From NCBI GenBank assembly GCA_022450005.1, contig JAKURE010000002.1, positions 892 through 64,891 of the forward strand: a stretch of DNA of 64,000 bases, given 5' to 3'. The DNA comes from Halobacteriales archaeon. GTDB lineage: Archaea > Halobacteriota > Halobacteria > Halobacteriales > Hikarchaeaceae. Position numbers and translations under genes: made by a program. Positions 29,065 through 40,083 of this stretch are shown in pieces (position 1 is the first letter of the stretch; each line of letters begins with the position of its first letter). The notes under the pieces were generated by a model that worked only from the letters and a program-made list of their open reading frames with translations, had not been told where the DNA came from and did not search any database.

Positions 29065-30296
29065 ATTCCCTTTTTAATCCGATCCATTGTCTGATTTTTT
29101 AATCCCAATCTGTGCGATTCTTCGATCACGGTTTCTACATCTTTGTCCCCTCTCCCTGAAAGATTTACAATTACTATTTCCCCTAGATCTCCTTCTACAT
29201 GATTCTCTAAGTACCCGATCGCATGAGACGTCTCGAGTGCCGGAATTATCCCTTCCATTTCTGATAATAAGAAAAAGGCCTCTATTGCATTCTCATCACG
29301 GACAATTCTTGGTATTACTCGGCCCTCATCAACCAAATAGGCCAATTCTGGTCCCACTCCTGCATAATCTAACCCTGCAGAAATACTATGGGACTCTACT
29401 ATTTGCCCATCTGCATCTTGAAGTATTTTTGTTCTCGCACCGTGCAGTACGCCTTCCTTTCCTATGGTCAAAGATGCCGAATGGTGTGCTATCTTTCCTT
29501 CTGATTCAGCTTCTATACCCTTCCCGCCCGCTTCAACCGCAATTAAATTAACCTGTTCATCCTGCAGAAAATTGTAAAAGGCACCCATCGCATTTGAACC
29601 ACCCCCTGCACAAGCAACAACGCTATCTGGAAGTCTCCCAATTTCTACTTGAATCTGTTCCCGTGCCTCTTGTGATATTATTGCTTGGAAATCCCTTACC
29701 ATTTTAGGGAATGGGTGTGGTCCCACCACCGACCCAATTACATAATGCGTTGTATCTACACTCTTTGACCAATCCCTTAGTGTCTCATTTATTGCTTCCT
29801 TTAATGTGCCACTTCCCCTTTCGACAGGATTTACCTTCGCACCATTAATCTCCATACGAAATACATTTGGACGTTGTCTATTGATGTCTTTTTTCCCCAT
29901 ATATATCTCACAATCCAACCCTAGATATGACGCAGCCATAGCAGTTGCAGTTCCATGCTGACCAGCTCCAGTTTCCGCAATAATCCTATCTTTCCCCATG
30001 TATTTCGCTAGCAAGCATTGCCCCAGGGCGTTGTTCAATTTATGCGCACCCCCGTGCAAAAGATCTTCCCGTTTAAGATATATTTCTCTCCCATACCTTT
30101 CCGACAATCTTTCTGCTTTATACAATGGAGTTGGACGTCCTCCGAAATCTCTTAACCGATCAAAAAAATCATCCATAAACCCATCTTTATTATTTTTCAC
30201 ATAATTCTCATACGCCGAAGTTAATTCTGATATGGCTGGCATCAACACCTCTGGCACATATTGTCCTCCATATTTCCCAAATTTAGTACTATTCAT
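29061..30296 (-). CDS. trpB: tryptophan synthase beta chain
   Basis: [21 protein letters not shown] contains the PLP lysine, followed by [12 protein letters not shown] and GGGSNAMG. Confidence 0.95.
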   Translation of the reverse strand: MNSTKFGKYGGQYVPEVLMPAISELTSAYENYVKNNKDGFMDDFFDRLRDFGGRPTPLYKAERLSERYGREIYLKREDLLHGGAHKLNNALGQCLLAKYMGKDRIIAETGAGQHGTATAMAASYLGLDCEIYMGKKDINRQRPNVFRMEINGAKVNPVERGSGTLKEAINETLRDWSKSVDTTHYVIGSVVGPHPFPKMVRDFQAIISQEAREQIQVEIGRLPDSVVACAGGGSNAMGAFYNFLQDEQVNLIAVEAGGKGIEAESEGKIAHHSASLTIGKEGVLHGARTKILQDADGQIVESHSISAGLDYAGVGPELAYLVDEGRVIPRIVRDENAIEAFFLLSEMEGIIPALETSHAIGYLENHVEGDLGEIVIVNLSGRGDKDVETVIEESHRLGLKNQTMDRIKKGI

Positions 30297-31051
30297 ATTT
30301 CGATCTGAGCAAACCGCTTTGTGTTCTCTCCTATGTTTCCTTGCATGATGGACGTTCCGATAAGCAATCCATCTGCCCCCGCCCCATACATCGTTCTAGC
30401 ATCTGCCACATTTTTGATTCCACTCTCTGCAATTAAAATAACATCAGAAGGAACTTTGGGTGCAAGTCGCTTGAAAGTATTTAGATCCACCTCTAGGTTT
30501 TTTATATTCCTATTATTTATTCCAATAATTTCCGCTCCAGCCCCGATTGCCATTCCTATTTCTTCCTCTGAATGCACTTCTACCAATACCTGGAACCCTC
30601 TTTGTTTCGCAGCCAAAACTAGTTTATCTATCTCCTCTACAAAACTAGCTATTATCAACACAATATCTGATTCGACTGCATCTAGTTGCATTTCATTCAA
30701 TATGAAATCCTTTCTCAAAATAGGAACTTCAACCGCTTTTCTCACACGCTCAAGAGATTCAATCGATCCATGAAAGTGATCTGGTTCAGTCAAAACAGAG
30801 AGTGCAGTCGCCCCATTTTTTACCATAGAGATAGCCATCTCCACCGGATCATCGTGACGTATTCCCTCCGTAGTTGGGCTCGTGGGCTTTATTTCCGCTA
30901 TAATTGGAATGTGCCCCCTTGTTCTAGATTTTTCCAATGCCTCTGGAAGTGATCGTGCAGAAACCTCAACTCTATCGTCAGGAGGCCTTCTCCGCCGAGC
31001 CGATTCTAGTATCGCTTGAATCTCAGGTGCCAGACTCTCTTTTTTGTTCAT
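30293..31051 (-). CDS. trpC: indole-3-glycerol phosphate synthase
   Basis: [37 protein letters not shown] and IAESGI. Confidence 0.9.
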   Translation of the reverse strand: MNKKESLAPEIQAILESARRRRPPDDRVEVSARSLPEALEKSRTRGHIPIIAEIKPTSPTTEGIRHDDPVEMAISMVKNGATALSVLTEPDHFHGSIESLERVRKAVEVPILRKDFILNEMQLDAVESDIVLIIASFVEEIDKLVLAAKQRGFQVLVEVHSEEEIGMAIGAGAEIIGINNRNIKNLEVDLNTFKRLAPKVPSDVILIAESGIKNVADARTMYGAGADGLLIGTSIMQGNIGENTKRFAQIEI

Positions 31052-31127
31052 TATTGTACGTTTATGAACTTATATGTACATAAGGTTAACTGTTCTGAAA
31101 AATAAGAATATGAAAATTAGATATGGC

Positions 31128-33476
31128 TCATTTCTTTTTGCTCTTTTTCTTTTTTCTAGCTTCTCTCGCCACTTTATATGCTTCAAAATTACAAATTGGG
31201 CATCCAATCTCCCATGGATCTTTTCCCTTATGAATCACTAGTTCTGGAAGTCTATGGTCTTCACACACTCTGTCTGATATTTCTATTTCACCCTCGCGTG
31301 GGAAGGGAAGTGTATATCCACATTCAGGATACCTAGTGCACCCCACCAACCGCGATCCACTCCTCATCCTCTTAATCGCAAGCTCCCCTCCCTCTTGGGA
31401 ATTGCATTCGGGACACGAACCTATGATCAAATCTTCCTCAGCTTCTGCACCATCCGCTTCACAAATAGGACACCCATACACGAAAGTTCCCCTCCCTGCA
31501 ATCATTTTAACATTTTTCAAATTATGCTTTTCACAAATATTTTTCACTACCATTGGTTCTCCTTTATTGGGCAATGGCAATGTGAACTTACACTCTGGCC
31601 AATTATCACATCCCACAAAGAACGATCCCCTTTTTCTGCTCTTCCTAACAACTAGATCTTTTCCGCAATCTGGACATGGACCTATTGTTTTATCAGCCTT
31701 CAACGCATTCCTTATATGCCCTCCTATTTCTTCCTCCGAACCTCTTAATTCTTCAAAAACTTCAGCCAAAATTTCTCTAGATCGCTTGGTAACTTCTTCT
31801 AATGTCGAATCCCCTTTGGCTATTTCTGCCATGTTCGCTTCAAGCTCCGCAGTCATTTCTTCCGATACTACTAAATCTGCGTATTTCTCCGCTGCCTCTA
31901 CAACCCCCCGGGCCAAATTTGTAGGCTGTGGTGGATTCTCTTCTAAATATCCTCTCTGATAAAGTTTTTCTATTGTATTATGCCTTGTAGATTTAGTCCC
32001 AATTCCCATCTTTTCCATCGTCTCGATCAACCTTGCCTGTCCATACCTCCTTGGAGGTTGGGTTTCTTTCTGCTCTACCCATGCCTGTTTCATAGATAAT
32101 TTGGATCCTTCTTCTACCTTCGGGATATAATTTTCTTCATTCTTGTGATAGGGGTATACTCTGTGATATCCCTCCTTGACTAGTCGTCTCCCACTTGCCT
32201 TGAATAATTCACTCTCTGCTTCTACCACCACTCGAAGGTGATCCCATTCAGCAGGTTCTGCAACAGTTCCCATAAACCGTCTAACTATTAATTCATAAAT
32301 TTTCCACTCCGCCGGTTCAAGACTTTCCTTTTTTGGAATTTGTATTGTAGGGTGAATAGGGGGATGATCTGTTGTTTCTTTCTTCCCCCGTGTTGGCTTT
32401 TTATTCAGCCCTATGAGGTATGTGGCATCTTCTTTAAACATACTATTTTTAGAGAGAACATCTAACAACTCTTTACAATCCAAACTTTTCGGATACACGG
32501 TATTATCCGTCCTTGGGTATGTGACATAACCCGCAGTGTATAGCGATTCTGCTACATTCATAGCACGTTTTGCAACCATTCCTATTCTCCCCGCCGCCCG
32601 AATAAACTGAGTTGTATTAAATGGAGTTGGAGGCTGGTCAATTCTGGTTTTTTGCTTTACTTCTTCGACCTTTACTTCGTCCGCACCTCTGATAACCCCT
32701 AGTATTCTATCAGATTCTTCTGCTGATAGAACCCTATCACTTTCTTTCCCTTCTTCTGTAAAGAAATATTTCACTTGAAATCCCTCCGAACCCTTCCCAA
32801 TTTCTCCCACTTCTGCAAATATTTCCCAGTAATCTTCAGGAACAAAATCATCTATCTCCCTCTCCCGATCGACTATCAGTTTAAGTGTCGGAGATTGAAC
32901 CCTTCCCACTGAAATAAAGTCTTTCCCATACTGTTTTGCTGCAAGAGATAGGTAACGTGTCAAAGCAGCTCCCCACACAAGATCTATGATTTGACGAGCC
33001 TCTCCCGCTTCTGCCAAATTAAAGTCAATTTCTTCCGGATTACTAAAACTATCTTTTATTTCCTTTGAAGTAATTGATGAAAACCGAACCCGCTCTATCG
33101 GAGTTTCTTTATTTACTCCCCTGACAATTTCATATGCCTCTTTTCCAATTAACTCACCTTCTCTATCATAGTCAGTTGCTACAATCACCCTGTCCACTTT
33201 CGAACTAACTTGTTCTAATACTTTTACAATATCCGATCTAATCGGTTTCTTTATGATCTCTGCTTCAATCAATTCTTTCGGATCTATTTTGTTCCAATCT
33301 GAATATTTTTTTGGAAAATCTACCCCGACCACATGCCCCGAGAGGCCCATACATTTTGCCCCATCCCATTCATAAACATTAATTTTGTTTATTTTTTTAA
33401 CCTTGGCAGATTTATCTGATAGTATCTCAGCAACCCGCTTGGCAGCTATCTCCTTTTCCGATACAATCAATTCCAT
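31128..33476 (-). CDS. topA: DNA topoisomerase I (type IA) with a C-terminal array of Zn ribbons
   Basis: Toprim domain MELIVSEKEIAAKRVA...VIVATDYDREGELIG, active-site region YVTYPRTDNT, and at least four C4 ribbons in the tail (CPDCG...C..C, CPICEA, CPECNS, CPICNF). Confidence 0.93.
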   Translation of the reverse strand: MELIVSEKEIAAKRVAEILSDKSAKVKKINKINVYEWDGAKCMGLSGHVVGVDFPKKYSDWNKIDPKELIEAEIIKKPIRSDIVKVLEQVSSKVDRVIVATDYDREGELIGKEAYEIVRGVNKETPIERVRFSSITSKEIKDSFSNPEEIDFNLAEAGEARQIIDLVWGAALTRYLSLAAKQYGKDFISVGRVQSPTLKLIVDREREIDDFVPEDYWEIFAEVGEIGKGSEGFQVKYFFTEEGKESDRVLSAEESDRILGVIRGADEVKVEEVKQKTRIDQPPTPFNTTQFIRAAGRIGMVAKRAMNVAESLYTAGYVTYPRTDNTVYPKSLDCKELLDVLSKNSMFKEDATYLIGLNKKPTRGKKETTDHPPIHPTIQIPKKESLEPAEWKIYELIVRRFMGTVAEPAEWDHLRVVVEAESELFKASGRRLVKEGYHRVYPYHKNEENYIPKVEEGSKLSMKQAWVEQKETQPPRRYGQARLIETMEKMGIGTKSTRHNTIEKLYQRGYLEENPPQPTNLARGVVEAAEKYADLVVSEEMTAELEANMAEIAKGDSTLEEVTKRSREILAEVFEELRGSEEEIGGHIRNALKADKTIGPCPDCGKDLVVRKSRKRGSFFVGCDNWPECKFTLPLPNKGEPMVVKNICEKHNLKNVKMIAGRGTFVYGCPICEADGAEAEEDLIIGSCPECNSQEGGELAIKRMRSGSRLVGCTRYPECGYTLPFPREGEIEISDRVCEDHRLPELVIHKGKDPWEIGCPICNFEAYKVAREARKKKKSKKK

Positions 33477-33552
33477 CTTTTTTGCCTCTATTTTTTTCCG
33501 AACAATGTGGCCGTCGAGCTCAAGCTATTGTAAACCTTTCCTTTCATTTTTA

Positions 33553-35046
33553 TCAATCTAGAAGCTCTTTTAGAATCTGATTAATGACAGCAGGATCTGC
33601 ATTTCCTCTTGTCTTTGCCATTACCTTTCCAACTAAGTAGTTCATAGCATTACCTTCCCCTCTGTTGTAATCTTCCACCGCAGATTTGTTTTCCTTGATC
33701 ACCTCTAGGACAATTTCTTCGACCTCTTGCCCACTACTAATCTCTAATTTCTCCTGATCAATTACTTCTTCTGGACTAATCTCTTCATCCAACATACGAC
33801 GTAATACAATCGATCTAGCATTTTTTTCTGTGATTTTTCCCTCAGATACTAATGCCATTAACCTTCTAAATTCATCTAGTCTGTCTATTGTGTCCTCTAT
33901 ATTCATATCTCGATAATTGAGTTCCCCGAGTATTATATCTGCCACCCACCTAGCAGCAAGATCTGGATCAAACTCTTTAACCACTTCTTCATAAAACTCT
34001 GCAACATCCCTCGTTGAAGTCAATTTCGAAGCCACTTCTACTGTGAGCCCATATTCTTCATAGAATCTATTTCTTTTTGCTTCTGGCAATTCTGGAATCT
34101 CTATATTCTTCACATAATCTTCCCACCATTCTCCTGTTAAACTAGGGAGATCAAACTCGGTAAAATATCTATAATCTCCCTCTGTCTCTTTAGATCGCAT
34201 CGATATGGTTATCCCCCGATTTTCATCCCAATGTCGTGTTTCCTGTTTGATTTCTCCCCCATGCATAATGGTATTTTTCTGCCTACTGATTTCATATACC
34301 AGTGCTTTCTCTGCCCCTTTATGGCTGGATATATTTTTTATTTCAATTCTCTCTGCAGCTTGCAGAATTCCCCGGTCAATAGTGCCATCTTCATTCACAT
34401 TCGACACACTGATCAATGAAACATTTGCATCTGCTCTCAATGATCCATCCCTTGTCGAGTCAAATACGCCTAGGTATTCTAAATCTTCTTCTAACTTTGC
34501 CAAAAATAACCTCACTTCTTTCGGAGCACGTAAATCCGGCTCTGTCACAATTTCAACTAAAGGAATCCCTGCTCTATTATAATCCACTAGTACATATTCA
34601 TCTCCCCTTTTTCCCTCTGATACATGCTGCAGACTACCTGGATCCTCTTCTAAATGGGCACGTTCAATTCTTATTTTCCTCCGATTTCCCTCCACATTAA
34701 TTTCCATTTCACCATTTGTACAAATGGGCTCATCATATTGTGTAATTTGAAAACCTTTAGGCAGATCTGGGTAAAAATAATTTTTCCGATGGAATGAGGT
34801 CTCTCCTGAAATATCTGCCCCAATTGCTTTGCCTATCTTCACGGCGGCTCTAACTGCTGCCTCATTCAACGTAGGCAGGGCCCCCGGAAGACCCAAACAC
34901 ACTGGGCATACATTCGTATTTGGCTCTATAGACATTTTCGTACTACATCTGCAGAAAATTTTAGTATTAGTCTCGAGTTGAACATGAACCTCTAGCCCAA
35001 TTACCGGAACAACATCCCCGCCTCTCATTTGAACCATTTGTTCCAA
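33553..35046 (-). CDS. gatB: aspartyl/glutamyl-tRNA(Asn/Gln) amidotransferase subunit B
   Basis: VIGLEVHVQLETNTKIFC, NTNVCPVCLGLPGALP, HRKNYFYPDLPKGFQITQ, and a C-terminal YqeY-like tail. Start is TTG 35046 or ATG 35037/35028. Confidence 0.9.
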   Translation of the reverse strand: MEQMVQMRGGDVVPVIGLEVHVQLETNTKIFCRCSTKMSIEPNTNVCPVCLGLPGALPTLNEAAVRAAVKIGKAIGADISGETSFHRKNYFYPDLPKGFQITQYDEPICTNGEMEINVEGNRRKIRIERAHLEEDPGSLQHVSEGKRGDEYVLVDYNRAGIPLVEIVTEPDLRAPKEVRLFLAKLEEDLEYLGVFDSTRDGSLRADANVSLISVSNVNEDGTIDRGILQAAERIEIKNISSHKGAEKALVYEISRQKNTIMHGGEIKQETRHWDENRGITISMRSKETEGDYRYFTEFDLPSLTGEWWEDYVKNIEIPELPEAKRNRFYEEYGLTVEVASKLTSTRDVAEFYEEVVKEFDPDLAARWVADIILGELNYRDMNIEDTIDRLDEFRRLMALVSEGKITEKNARSIVLRRMLDEEISPEEVIDQEKLEISSGQEVEEIVLEVIKENKSAVEDYNRGEGNAMNYLVGKVMAKTRGNADPAVINQILKELLD

Positions 35047-35184
35047 ATTCGACGTGAAAGAGTTAAAATATACTGTTTATTTCATCCATGTCTTAAAAAC
35101 CAAGAAGTATAAGCAATTGAATCCCTCATAAGTGATATAGAGTGCGATTAAATTCTCCATTTAACACATCACTCACGGGCAACT

Positions 35185-38100
35185 ATGTACATTGAAAAGC
35201 TCGTCCTAGATAATTTCAAGAGTTTCAGTCGAAAAACTGAAATACCCTTCTATGAAGATTTTACTACCATCAGCGGTCCAAATGGATCTGGAAAATCAAA
35301 TATAATCGATGCAATTTTATTCTGCCTAGGCCTCTCCCGAAGTTCCCGAATACGGGCAGAAAAATTAACGGATTTAATCTACAATCCTGGAACCGAATCT
35401 AGCTCTCCCCCTCCCAACGAAGCGACCGTCGAGGTCATTTTAAATAACACTAATGGATCACTTTCCCCTGAACAATTAATTTCCATACTCGAATCAGATC
35501 GACTAGGCGATATATCCCATATACGTATAACTCGGCGTGTAAAAAAGACCGCTAAAAATTATTATTCCTATTACTATGTAAACGACCGCCCAGTGAAACT
35601 ATCATCCATTCAGGATTTACTGGCACAAGTCGGAATTACCCCTGAAGGCTACAACGTTGTGATGCAAGGGGATGTGACAAGCCTAATTCAAATGACTCCC
35701 CTCCAACGCAGACTCATCATAGATGAAATAGCAGGAGTCGCAGAATTTGACAATAAAAAAGAAAAGTCGTTCGCCGAACTTACCACTGTAGAAGAGCATA
35801 TATCCACTGCAAAAATTCATATAACTGAAAAAAAGCAGCAACTTACCAAGCTTTCCGCCGAACGGGAAGTCGCCCTTAAATATCAAAAACTCCGGGATGA
35901 AAAATCTATTCTCTCTGGCCATTTGAAAGCTGCAGAATTATCTACCAAATCAAACGAACTTAAGGAACAACTTCAATCCATATCCACTGAGGAACATAAC
36001 CTATCCATACTCGAGCAAAAATTCAAATCTATATCTGACTCCGTAAATTCTGTAGAAAAAGATCTTGAAAACCTGAATCTTCAAATAGAGCTTAAAGGCG
36101 GGAAAGAACAGTTTTCTTTACTTAGAGAAATAGAGGGAATAAAAGGCAATGTAGCTAGATTTGAAGGGGAATCTCTCTCAACCCTGAATCAAATCAAAGA
36201 GATAGATGTCACCCGAAGAACTGCATTTATAGAGCTTGATAAAAAACAAGAGTCTTTGTCTGAAATCGAAACCAAAATTAGGGATCAAAAACTAACCAAA
36301 TCCACACTATTAGTTGAATTAAATTCGAAAAAAGATCAGTTACAAACCATACAATCAAAAATTGAAGATCTGGGTTCTGAATTTGAAGACTCTCAAAATC
36401 AGTTAACCAATCTCAAAAACGAACTAACTTCTGCCCAGGATGATAGATATCTCCAACAACGTGAACAAGATGAATTACTCGACGAAGCCCGCAGAAGATC
36501 AAACGAAATAGAAAGTGTTTCTAAAGAACTAGACCAAATCAACTCCCGATTCCCCGAATTTGAGAACTTACTTGAAAATCTACAATCTGAACTTGAGTCT
36601 GCCCAACACTCTCAACTAAAAACTGAGGAAAAAATATTGGAATTGCAACGGGAAAAAACCATTTTTAATACCCAGTTAGATTCACTCTCCCTTACTATAG
36701 CCAAATCGAAAAAAGATTACTCCACACTCGAAAATAAAACAAAGAACAAAGGAGTTCTCTCTTTTAATAGGGCCGTCATGTCCATCCTGGGCAGTGATAT
36801 CGATGGTGTACATGGAACTGTCTCACAGCTTGGAACTGTCGATAAAAAATACTCACGTGCCTGCGAAATAGCAGCTGGAATTCGACTTTCTCATATTGTA
36901 GTTGAAGACGATCAAGTCGCCCAAACGTGTATAACTTATCTTAATAAAAACAATGTTGGACGGGCAACATTTTTACCCCTCAATAGGATAAATAAACTCA
37001 ACAAAAGTGAACTCAAAGATGAACCTGGTGTCATCGACTTCGCAATCAATCTAGTTAATTTTGATCCCATCTATACCAGCATTTTTTCCCATGTTTTTGG
37101 CTCTACAATTGTCGTTGACAATTTAGAAAACGCACGTTCCATTTCTGGTAGACACCGAATCGTAACTCTCCCTGGGGATCTTATCGAATCTTCTGGGGCA
37201 ATGACCGGAGGGCCTCTCAAACACCCAAGATATACTTTTCTAACTGACGATGAGACCCACCTCCAAAATATGGCAACCGAAATCATCCAATTAGAATCTC
37301 AGCAATCTTCCCTGATCGATTCTATAAACTCTACCGAATCTCAAATAGAATCGGCCCGGGAGAAACGCACTGAATCACTTGATAATATTCGTGGAGTAAC
37401 CTATCATATTGGACAAGTGCGCAAAGACTATGAAGATTTTTCTACCCGTTCATCTCCCCTTGAAATCCGTCTTAACGAACTCAAAACTGAAAGAAATTCG
37501 GTGAAGAATAAAATGAAAACAATTGAGAATAAATTAGAAGCATTTGATACTTCCATACTCTCCATTGAATCTCAAATTTTTCATGTGGAATCTACTCTAA
37601 CTGGATCTAATTTACCGAAACTTTCGACAGAATTTGATTCACTTTCCGATTCAATATCCACAATTGAAAAACAAATAGAAAGACTCGATTCAACATTAAA
37701 TGAATTAAATCTTGAGCATAAATATATCGAAGATTCCATTTCTGGTTTACATCTCCGGATAGAAACCTCTCAAAATACAGCAGCTACCATGTCTGAACGA
37801 ATCGAATCTCTACAATCAAAAACAAACGATCTAGAGGAAATTCTCTCACAAAAAGAAAGTTCATTTAACGCATTGGAATCTGAACTAACCGAAATTAAAG
37901 CCGAACGAGATTCGATCCACGAGCGCCTTAGAACTTCCAGAGAACTAAAAGATTCACAATCTGAGAAAGTGGCATTGCAGAAATCTCACATAGTGAATCT
38001 TGTTTCCACTTCCGATTCACTTTCCAAAGAGATAGTTGAGCTTGAGTCAAGTATGGGTGAAATCCCTGAAAAAAGTTCTTTTGATCTCCCAACTTTGTTA

Positions 38101-38748
38101 TCAAAAATCAATGACCTTGAACAAAAAATGATCCAACTAGAACCCGTAAACATGCTCGCAGTCTCCGAGTATGAATCTGTTGATTCTTCATTATTTGGTC
38201 TAACTGAAAAACTAAGTATTTTATCCGAAGAATCAAAAGCAATCCATGAAAGAATTGAAAGTTATGAAGATGCCAAAAAAGAAGCATTCTTAGAGACATT
38301 CCACGGGATTGATAATCAATTCCAAGAGATATTTGAGAAACTTTCTGCTGGAACCGGAGAACTGCACCTTGAGGACATGGACGATCCATTTTCTGGTGGT
38401 CTAACGATGATGGCAAAACCACGAGACAAACCCCTCCAACGGTTAAACGCCATGTCCGGGGGTGAGAAATCACTTACGGCGTTATCTTTCATATTTGCCA
38501 TACAACGATATAGCCCTGCACCCTTCTACGCACTTGATGAAATCGACGCGTTCCTCGATGCTTCCAACGCAGAGTTAGTCGGAGAACTCCTAGATGAGCT
38601 TGCTATTGGGACGCAGTTCATAGTTGTATCTCATAGATCTGCATTACTCGAACGGTCCGAACGTGCAATAGGGGTCGTAATGCAAGAAAATAATATTTCG
38701 GCAGTTACTGGAATATCACTAACCACTGAGGCAAATATCCTGACATGA
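35185..38748 (+). CDS. smc: chromosome segregation protein SMC
   Basis: Walker A GPNGSGKSNIIDAILF, long coiled coils, a hinge (GVHGTVSQLG...), signature SGGEKSLTALSF and Walker B FYALDEIDAFLD. Confidence 0.95.
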   Translation: MYIEKLVLDNFKSFSRKTEIPFYEDFTTISGPNGSGKSNIIDAILFCLGLSRSSRIRAEKLTDLIYNPGTESSSPPPNEATVEVILNNTNGSLSPEQLISILESDRLGDISHIRITRRVKKTAKNYYSYYYVNDRPVKLSSIQDLLAQVGITPEGYNVVMQGDVTSLIQMTPLQRRLIIDEIAGVAEFDNKKEKSFAELTTVEEHISTAKIHITEKKQQLTKLSAEREVALKYQKLRDEKSILSGHLKAAELSTKSNELKEQLQSISTEEHNLSILEQKFKSISDSVNSVEKDLENLNLQIELKGGKEQFSLLREIEGIKGNVARFEGESLSTLNQIKEIDVTRRTAFIELDKKQESLSEIETKIRDQKLTKSTLLVELNSKKDQLQTIQSKIEDLGSEFEDSQNQLTNLKNELTSAQDDRYLQQREQDELLDEARRRSNEIESVSKELDQINSRFPEFENLLENLQSELESAQHSQLKTEEKILELQREKTIFNTQLDSLSLTIAKSKKDYSTLENKTKNKGVLSFNRAVMSILGSDIDGVHGTVSQLGTVDKKYSRACEIAAGIRLSHIVVEDDQVAQTCITYLNKNNVGRATFLPLNRINKLNKSELKDEPGVIDFAINLVNFDPIYTSIFSHVFGSTIVVDNLENARSISGRHRIVTLPGDLIESSGAMTGGPLKHPRYTFLTDDETHLQNMATEIIQLESQQSSLIDSINSTESQIESAREKRTESLDNIRGVTYHIGQVRKDYEDFSTRSSPLEIRLNELKTERNSVKNKMKTIENKLEAFDTSILSIESQIFHVESTLTGSNLPKLSTEFDSLSDSISTIEKQIERLDSTLNELNLEHKYIEDSISGLHLRIETSQNTAATMSERIESLQSKTNDLEEILSQKESSFNALESELTEIKAERDSIHERLRTSRELKDSQSEKVALQKSHIVNLVSTSDSLSKEIVELESSMGEIPEKSSFDLPTLLSKINDLEQKMIQLEPVNMLAVSEYESVDSSLFGLTEKLSILSEESKAIHERIESYEDAKKEAFLETFHGIDNQFQEIFEKLSAGTGELHLEDMDDPFSGGLTMMAKPRDKPLQRLNAMSGGEKSLTALSFIFAIQRYSPAPFYALDEIDAFLDASNAELVGELLDELAIGTQFIVVSHRSALLERSERAIGVVMQENNISAVTGISLTTEANILT

Positions 38749-39524
38749 GTTCTCCCACTGAAGAAGAAAGTTTTTCTTTCTCCTACGATCCTCTCAATGA
38801 ACCAATCAATATATTGGTACAACTTGCAAAAGATGGTGAGATCGACCCTTGGGATATTGACATAGTAAGCGTAACTGACAAATTCTTGGCGCAACTTGAC
38901 AAATCCGATCTTCGAACATCCGCCAGGGCACTTCTCTACGCTAGTGTACTCCTCCGAATCAAGTCTGATATTATTTTCCCTCCCGAACTGCCCCCTGAGG
39001 AAGATCACCTTGAAAATAGAATAGAAGCTATGTATAGTGAAGATCCACTTTTCATTTTTGAAAAAGAACTTGATAGAAGATTGGCTAGGAAACGAGTTAG
39101 AGGTTCTCCTAGAACTCTAGAGGAACTCGTCCGCGAATTAAGAGATGCTGAATTAAATTCAAATTGGAAATCATCACGTCAATATGATACTTCGGATTCC
39201 CCCCGTGGCTTCTGGAGAGGGGTACAGCGCCTTGATTATCATGACGGAGATCAATTTAGACTCGAGAATGAACCCACCGAAAAAGATGTCATTGGAACTG
39301 CCCATGTTGAACCAATTGAAGAATCAATTTCTCAACTCTCCCTTCTACTCCAATCTTTGTATGAAGATGGGAAATCAGAAGTTTCATTCGAGGAACTAAT
39401 CCGATCTGATAGGTCTAGAGTTTCTTTATTCTTGGCGCTTTTATTCATGGCTCAAAGGGGAAATGTGTATCTAGAACAGGAAGAATTATTTGGAGATCTA
39501 CGAGTGAAGAATCTTCTCTCATAA
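38745..39524 (+). CDS. scpA: segregation and condensation protein A (kleisin ScpA)
   Basis: ATGA overlap with the smc stop. PINILVQLAKDGEIDPWDIDIVSVTDKFL is the typical ScpA N-terminus, and the C-terminus is winged-helix-like (FLALLFMAQRGNVYLEQEE). Confidence 0.85.
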   Translation: MSSPTEEESFSFSYDPLNEPINILVQLAKDGEIDPWDIDIVSVTDKFLAQLDKSDLRTSARALLYASVLLRIKSDIIFPPELPPEEDHLENRIEAMYSEDPLFIFEKELDRRLARKRVRGSPRTLEELVRELRDAELNSNWKSSRQYDTSDSPRGFWRGVQRLDYHDGDQFRLENEPTEKDVIGTAHVEPIEESISQLSLLLQSLYEDGKSEVSFEELIRSDRSRVSLFLALLFMAQRGNVYLEQEELFGDLRVKNLLS

Positions 39525-39561
39525 TGTTATTTTCTATAAACTTCCCATTTCCTCTCTCTTC

Positions 39562-40083
39562 TCAATCGTACACGACTAGCGATTCAATCTCAACATCCGA
39601 AATTTTTTCGAGTCTTTTTCTTCCATTAAGCTGGCTCAATTCCACCATAAACCCAAAACCCACTACCAGATCTTTTGGAATCAATTTAAACGCTGCAATT
39701 GCTGTACCTCCCGTTGCCAACAAATCATCTATTATTAACACGTTCTTCGACTTTTGGAATGCATCTTTGTGCACTTGAATCTCCGTTTCTCCATATTCTA
39801 GCTTAACAGGTTGTGAGTACACCTCTCTAGGCAATTTATCTGGCTTTCTCAACGGGACAAAACCTGCGTTCAATTTGTAAGCAATTGGAGCCCCCATAAT
39901 AAATCCTCTCGATTCAATAGAAGCTACTGTATCAATTTCAGCCTCTTCCCATATTTCGGTCATTTGATCAATCATAATATTGAATAATTCTTGATTTTTC
40001 CACACAGGTGTTAAATCCTTAAATCCAACCCCTGGTATTGGATAATCCCGTACTTCTATGATCTCCTCCTTTATCCTCCTCAT
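39562..40083 (-). CDS. apt: adenine phosphoribosyltransferase
   Basis: VRDYPIPGVGFKDLTPV, ESRGFIMGAPIAYKLNAGFVPLRKPDKLP and the PRPP loop VLIIDDLLATGGTA. Confidence 0.9.
   Translation of the reverse strand: MRRIKEEIIEVRDYPIPGVGFKDLTPVWKNQELFNIMIDQMTEIWEEAEIDTVASIESRGFIMGAPIAYKLNAGFVPLRKPDKLPREVYSQPVKLEYGETEIQVHKDAFQKSKNVLIIDDLLATGGTAIAAFKLIPKDLVVGFGFMVELSQLNGRKRLEKISDVEIESLVVYD

Noticed and set aside
31336-31959. 207-aa + strand ORF and the overlapping ORF 31395..31655.
   Set aside because: They are antisense to the Zn-ribbon tail of topA, and nothing supports independent coding.
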